This document shows positions 61,327 through 64,000 of a stretch of DNA of 64,000 nt, one piece after another (position 1 is the first letter of the stretch; each line of letters opens with the position of its first letter). The position numbers and the translations under genes were made by a program. Under the pieces are notes generated by a model, which was not told the origin of the DNA, made no database searches, and saw only the letters and a program-made list of their open reading frames with translations. The DNA comes from Candidatus Latescibacterota bacterium (GTDB lineage Bacteria > Latescibacterota > UBA2968 > GCA-2709665), in contig OZ242180.1 of the NCBI GenBank assembly GCA_965205485.1, positions 4,224,001 to 4,288,000 on the forward strand, read 5' to 3'.

Positions 61327-62466
61327 TCAGGGATTGTAGACCAACGCATGCTCGAGATACAGGAACTCCTCGTCCACACCCCCGGCCACGAGTACCCGCC
61401 CGTCGTTCAACAGGGTGGCGGTGGCGCCGCTTCTAATCCTCCCTGCGTCACCGCCGACGAACTGAAAGACCCGCGTATTGGGATCGTAGATCTCCGCATC
61501 GGCCGCCGCACCACCCACGAAGAGCACCGTTCCGTCGCGCAGCCTGGTGGCCGAGTGGCCGAACCTCGGCGTCAGCATATTTCCCGTGTCCCGGAATGAC
61601 GGGACGTCGGGATCGAAAATCTCCGTGCTGCTCACGGGGCTGAACACGCCTCCACCGAACTCGGCGCTGCCGCCGGCCAGCAGCACGCGTCCGTCTTGCA
61701 GCAACGTCGCCGTATGCCCGAATCTGACGACCTGCAGGCTGGCGCCGCCCGGCGCCGTGAACAGGTCGGTGTCCGGATCGAAGCGCTCGGCGAGTCCCCT
61801 GGCGCCGCCCGCGATGAGCACGTCTCCGCTGTTGAGAAGCGTCGCGGTCTGCTGCACGCGCCTGGTACCGACGTTGAGGGACTTTACAATTCGGTCTGTT
61901 TCCGGGTCGTAAATCTCCGCCATGAACGTCAGGTCACCCAGCAACAGCACCTTTCCGTCCCCCAATGCCGTCGCCGAACTCGGACGCTGGATTCTGCTGC
62001 CCGCCGAACTGCCCTCGAAAGAGCCGGAATCGGGATCGTACAGGACCAGTGATTGCCGGCCTCCTCCGGCAATCAGCACCTTGCCCGTGTTCAACAAGGC
62101 GGCCACGTGACCGCTGCGACCTTCAGGCAGGTCGCCTGTTCGCCGGAACCTGCCCGTGGCCGGATCGAAGACCTCCGCGCTCGTCAGCGGTTCCTCGACG
62201 CCTGCGGTAACCACGTGTATCCCTCCGGCCACCAACACGGAACCGTCGGACAGCCGTGTGGCCGTATGATCCCGCCTGGGCTCAACCATGGGGCCGACCG
62301 CGCCAAAGGACCTGGGCGCCACACTGCCCAGCGGCCCCCCTGTTTCGTCGACCCCGCACCCGTACAGAGCCATTCCCACGACGGCGGACCATACGACGGG
62401 AAGAACCCTCCGGCCGCAGACCGGTGGCATAGCGAATCGCGAGCGTGAATGGCAGTTGGTTGTCAT
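61327..62466 (-). CDS. Kelch-repeat beta-propeller lipoprotein
   Basis: About 7 repeats of R..HTAT.L.DG.VL..GG...AE.[YF]DP; lipobox-like LYGC. Confidence 0.85.
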   Translation of the reverse strand: MTTNCHSRSRFAMPPVCGRRVLPVVWSAVVGMALYGCGVDETGGPLGSVAPRSFGAVGPMVEPRRDHTATRLSDGSVLVAGGIHVVTAGVEEPLTSAEVFDPATGRFRRTGDLPEGRSGHVAALLNTGKVLIAGGGRQSLVLYDPDSGSFEGSSAGSRIQRPSSATALGDGKVLLLGDLTFMAEIYDPETDRIVKSLNVGTRRVQQTATLLNSGDVLIAGGARGLAERFDPDTDLFTAPGGASLQVVRFGHTATLLQDGRVLLAGGSAEFGGGVFSPVSSTEIFDPDVPSFRDTGNMLTPRFGHSATRLRDGTVLFVGGAAADAEIYDPNTRVFQFVGGDAGRIRSGATATLLNDGRVLVAGGVDEEFLYLEHALVYNP

Positions 62467-62482
62467 TTACCCTGATCGTCCT

Positions 62483-63406
62483 CTATTCCACCGCCCCGTA
62501 ATGGGGCCCCCAGTCTGCCGCCACCTGCCGCCCGATGCGCTCGGCATCGAGACTGTCCGCTCCATCCAGCGGCGTTGTCCGCCGCGCCCATTCCACGTTC
62601 TGCACCAACTCGGCCTCCGAAAAAACCCCCACAACCGCCGTACCGACCCCGGGAAGCCCCAGCGCGTACCGCAGCGCCGCCTCGTGATCGTGCGGACCGT
62701 GCGCGGCCAGGGCCGAAGGCGCCGGTTTGTCATAGTTCATGTCCAACGCCCCTCCATAGACCTTCATGGCCGCGACGCCAACGTTTTGTTCAAAGGCGAT
62801 CGGGAGTACTTCGTTCTCAAAGTTGTACGTGTATCGGTCCGCGATGTTCATGGCCAGCATCACCACGTCGATTTCGGCTTCCTTCAATACCCGGGCGGTG
62901 CGCCAGGGCGCGTTGTGCGCCGTCACTCCTATAAACCGGGTCCAACCTCGCCGGCGCGCTTCCATGAGGCCCTCGAGCGCGCCATCGGACGCCAGCACCC
63001 TGTCTACGTCACGATTGCCCATGGAATGCACATAGACCAGGTCGACGTGGTCGGTCTGTAGATCTCTCAGGCCTTTCTCCAACATCGCAAGCGCCGAGGC
63101 CGCGTCGTCAGCCGGCGTCTTGGTGACCAGGAAGACTTCGTCCCTGCGGCCGGCCATGACCTGCCCCAGCTGAAGGTGCGCCCGGCCGTAACCTGGCGCG
63201 GTATCGATGAACGTCACGCCATGGTCGATCGCCATGTGGCAGAGCGAAATGGCTTCATCGTCATCCATACCGATTCCACCGGGGGCCGAACCGTAGCCAA
63301 GGACGGGCACACGCACACCGGTTTTGCCCAGTATCCTTTGGGGTAACTGCATTGTTTGACGCTTCAATGACGCTGCAACCGGGCCAATCTCAACGGACTG
63401 AGCCAT
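62483..63406 (-). CDS. Aldo/keto reductase (start may be 63352)
   Basis: RILGKTG, FIDTAPGYG, FLVTK, LQTDHVDL..VH, IGVTAH, AMKVYGG, LRYALG. Confidence 0.9.
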   Translation of the reverse strand: MAQSVEIGPVAASLKRQTMQLPQRILGKTGVRVPVLGYGSAPGGIGMDDDEAISLCHMAIDHGVTFIDTAPGYGRAHLQLGQVMAGRRDEVFLVTKTPADDAASALAMLEKGLRDLQTDHVDLVYVHSMGNRDVDRVLASDGALEGLMEARRRGWTRFIGVTAHNAPWRTARVLKEAEIDVVMLAMNIADRYTYNFENEVLPIAFEQNVGVAAMKVYGGALDMNYDKPAPSALAAHGPHDHEAALRYALGLPGVGTAVVGVFSEAELVQNVEWARRTTPLDGADSLDAERIGRQVAADWGPHYGAVE

Positions 63407-63523
63407 GGCTTTCTCCCGAGAGTGAGGTTCCACACGGCCTTAGCTTCAGGTATTTTAAATATGACGACACAAGGCACGAACTGTCAAATGCAGATGTACC
63501 GGCCGGCTTCCGGCCGGTACCGT

Positions 63524-63859
63524 TCAACCCGTACGCTCTCCACCCATTCTTCGCAGGGAGTCGTACGTATAGATACCCGTATCGTGACCGTCTCCCCACC
63601 TGATCTGTATGGCGTACCGCCCCACCGGTACCACATCCGTAACGTCGGCGGTCGCGTCGCGCTCCTCGGGTGTCAACATGTGCAGTCCCCGTCCCCTGAC
63701 CTGTTGTTCGCGACGGTCCGAACACAGCGCGCAGGGACACCATCTCCGCAACGCGGAAAGTGACAGACTGTCGACGCGGCCTCCCCGCCACTCGATTTCC
63801 ATCTCTCCGGCGTCCCGGTTCACGTCGATGCGTATTGGAATGTCCGTTCTATCGTTCAT
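63524..63859 (-). CDS. DUF971 / GBBH-like N-terminal domain protein
   Basis: LRRWCPCALC, VGRYAIQIRWGDGHDTGIYTYDSLR. Confidence 0.88.
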   Translation of the reverse strand: MNDRTDIPIRIDVNRDAGEMEIEWRGGRVDSLSLSALRRWCPCALCSDRREQQVRGRGLHMLTPEERDATADVTDVVPVGRYAIQIRWGDGHDTGIYTYDSLRRMGGERTG

Positions 63860-64000
63860 TACGCCGCAACCGGCCGGGTAACAATATACCCGCGACCCGT
63901 TTTTCAAGTTTGCGCTTGACTTTTTATATGTCTGTACTAATTTAGTGGTTTATGGCGACAGGTACGTCGACGCGATCGCAGCGAACCGATCGTTCACCTG

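Noticed and set aside
63952..64000. Possible gene start (ATG 63952) after a TTGACT promoter-like sequence, and a GAAC-N5-GTTC site
   Set aside because: Only 16 codons are visible with no RBS or motif, and the 5-nt spacer does not fit the LexA box.

Overview
A GC-rich window from a diderm bacterium. The LptF/G genes and an SprA-like barrel suggest the FCB superphylum (inference). From left to right: HD phosphohydrolase, M23 peptidase, lptG-lptF, sprA-comEA-pilM-like-coaD-obgE-dprA, lexA with a GAAC-N4-GTTC operator in its promoter, and an orphan hypothetical+PqqD/RRE pair. Next is an 11-subunit complex I operon (nuoABCDHIJKLMN, no nuoEFG), transcribed divergently from sufBCDSU-sufT-Rrf2-second nuoB-nfuA. 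This is followed by a radical SAM gene whose apparent stop is very likely a selenocysteine UGA (C-U-A-E-P tail plus a SECIS-like hairpin), converging on an ATP-grasp ligase. The rest is accessory metabolic and transport genes. Four copies of a ~210-bp MITE with 3-bp TNA target duplications are present, plus a solo end. In one copy the ~41-bp core is flipped relative to the arms between short inverted repeats. No rRNA, tRNA, CRISPR array or transposase was seen. All calls come from reading motifs by eye; no database searches were run.
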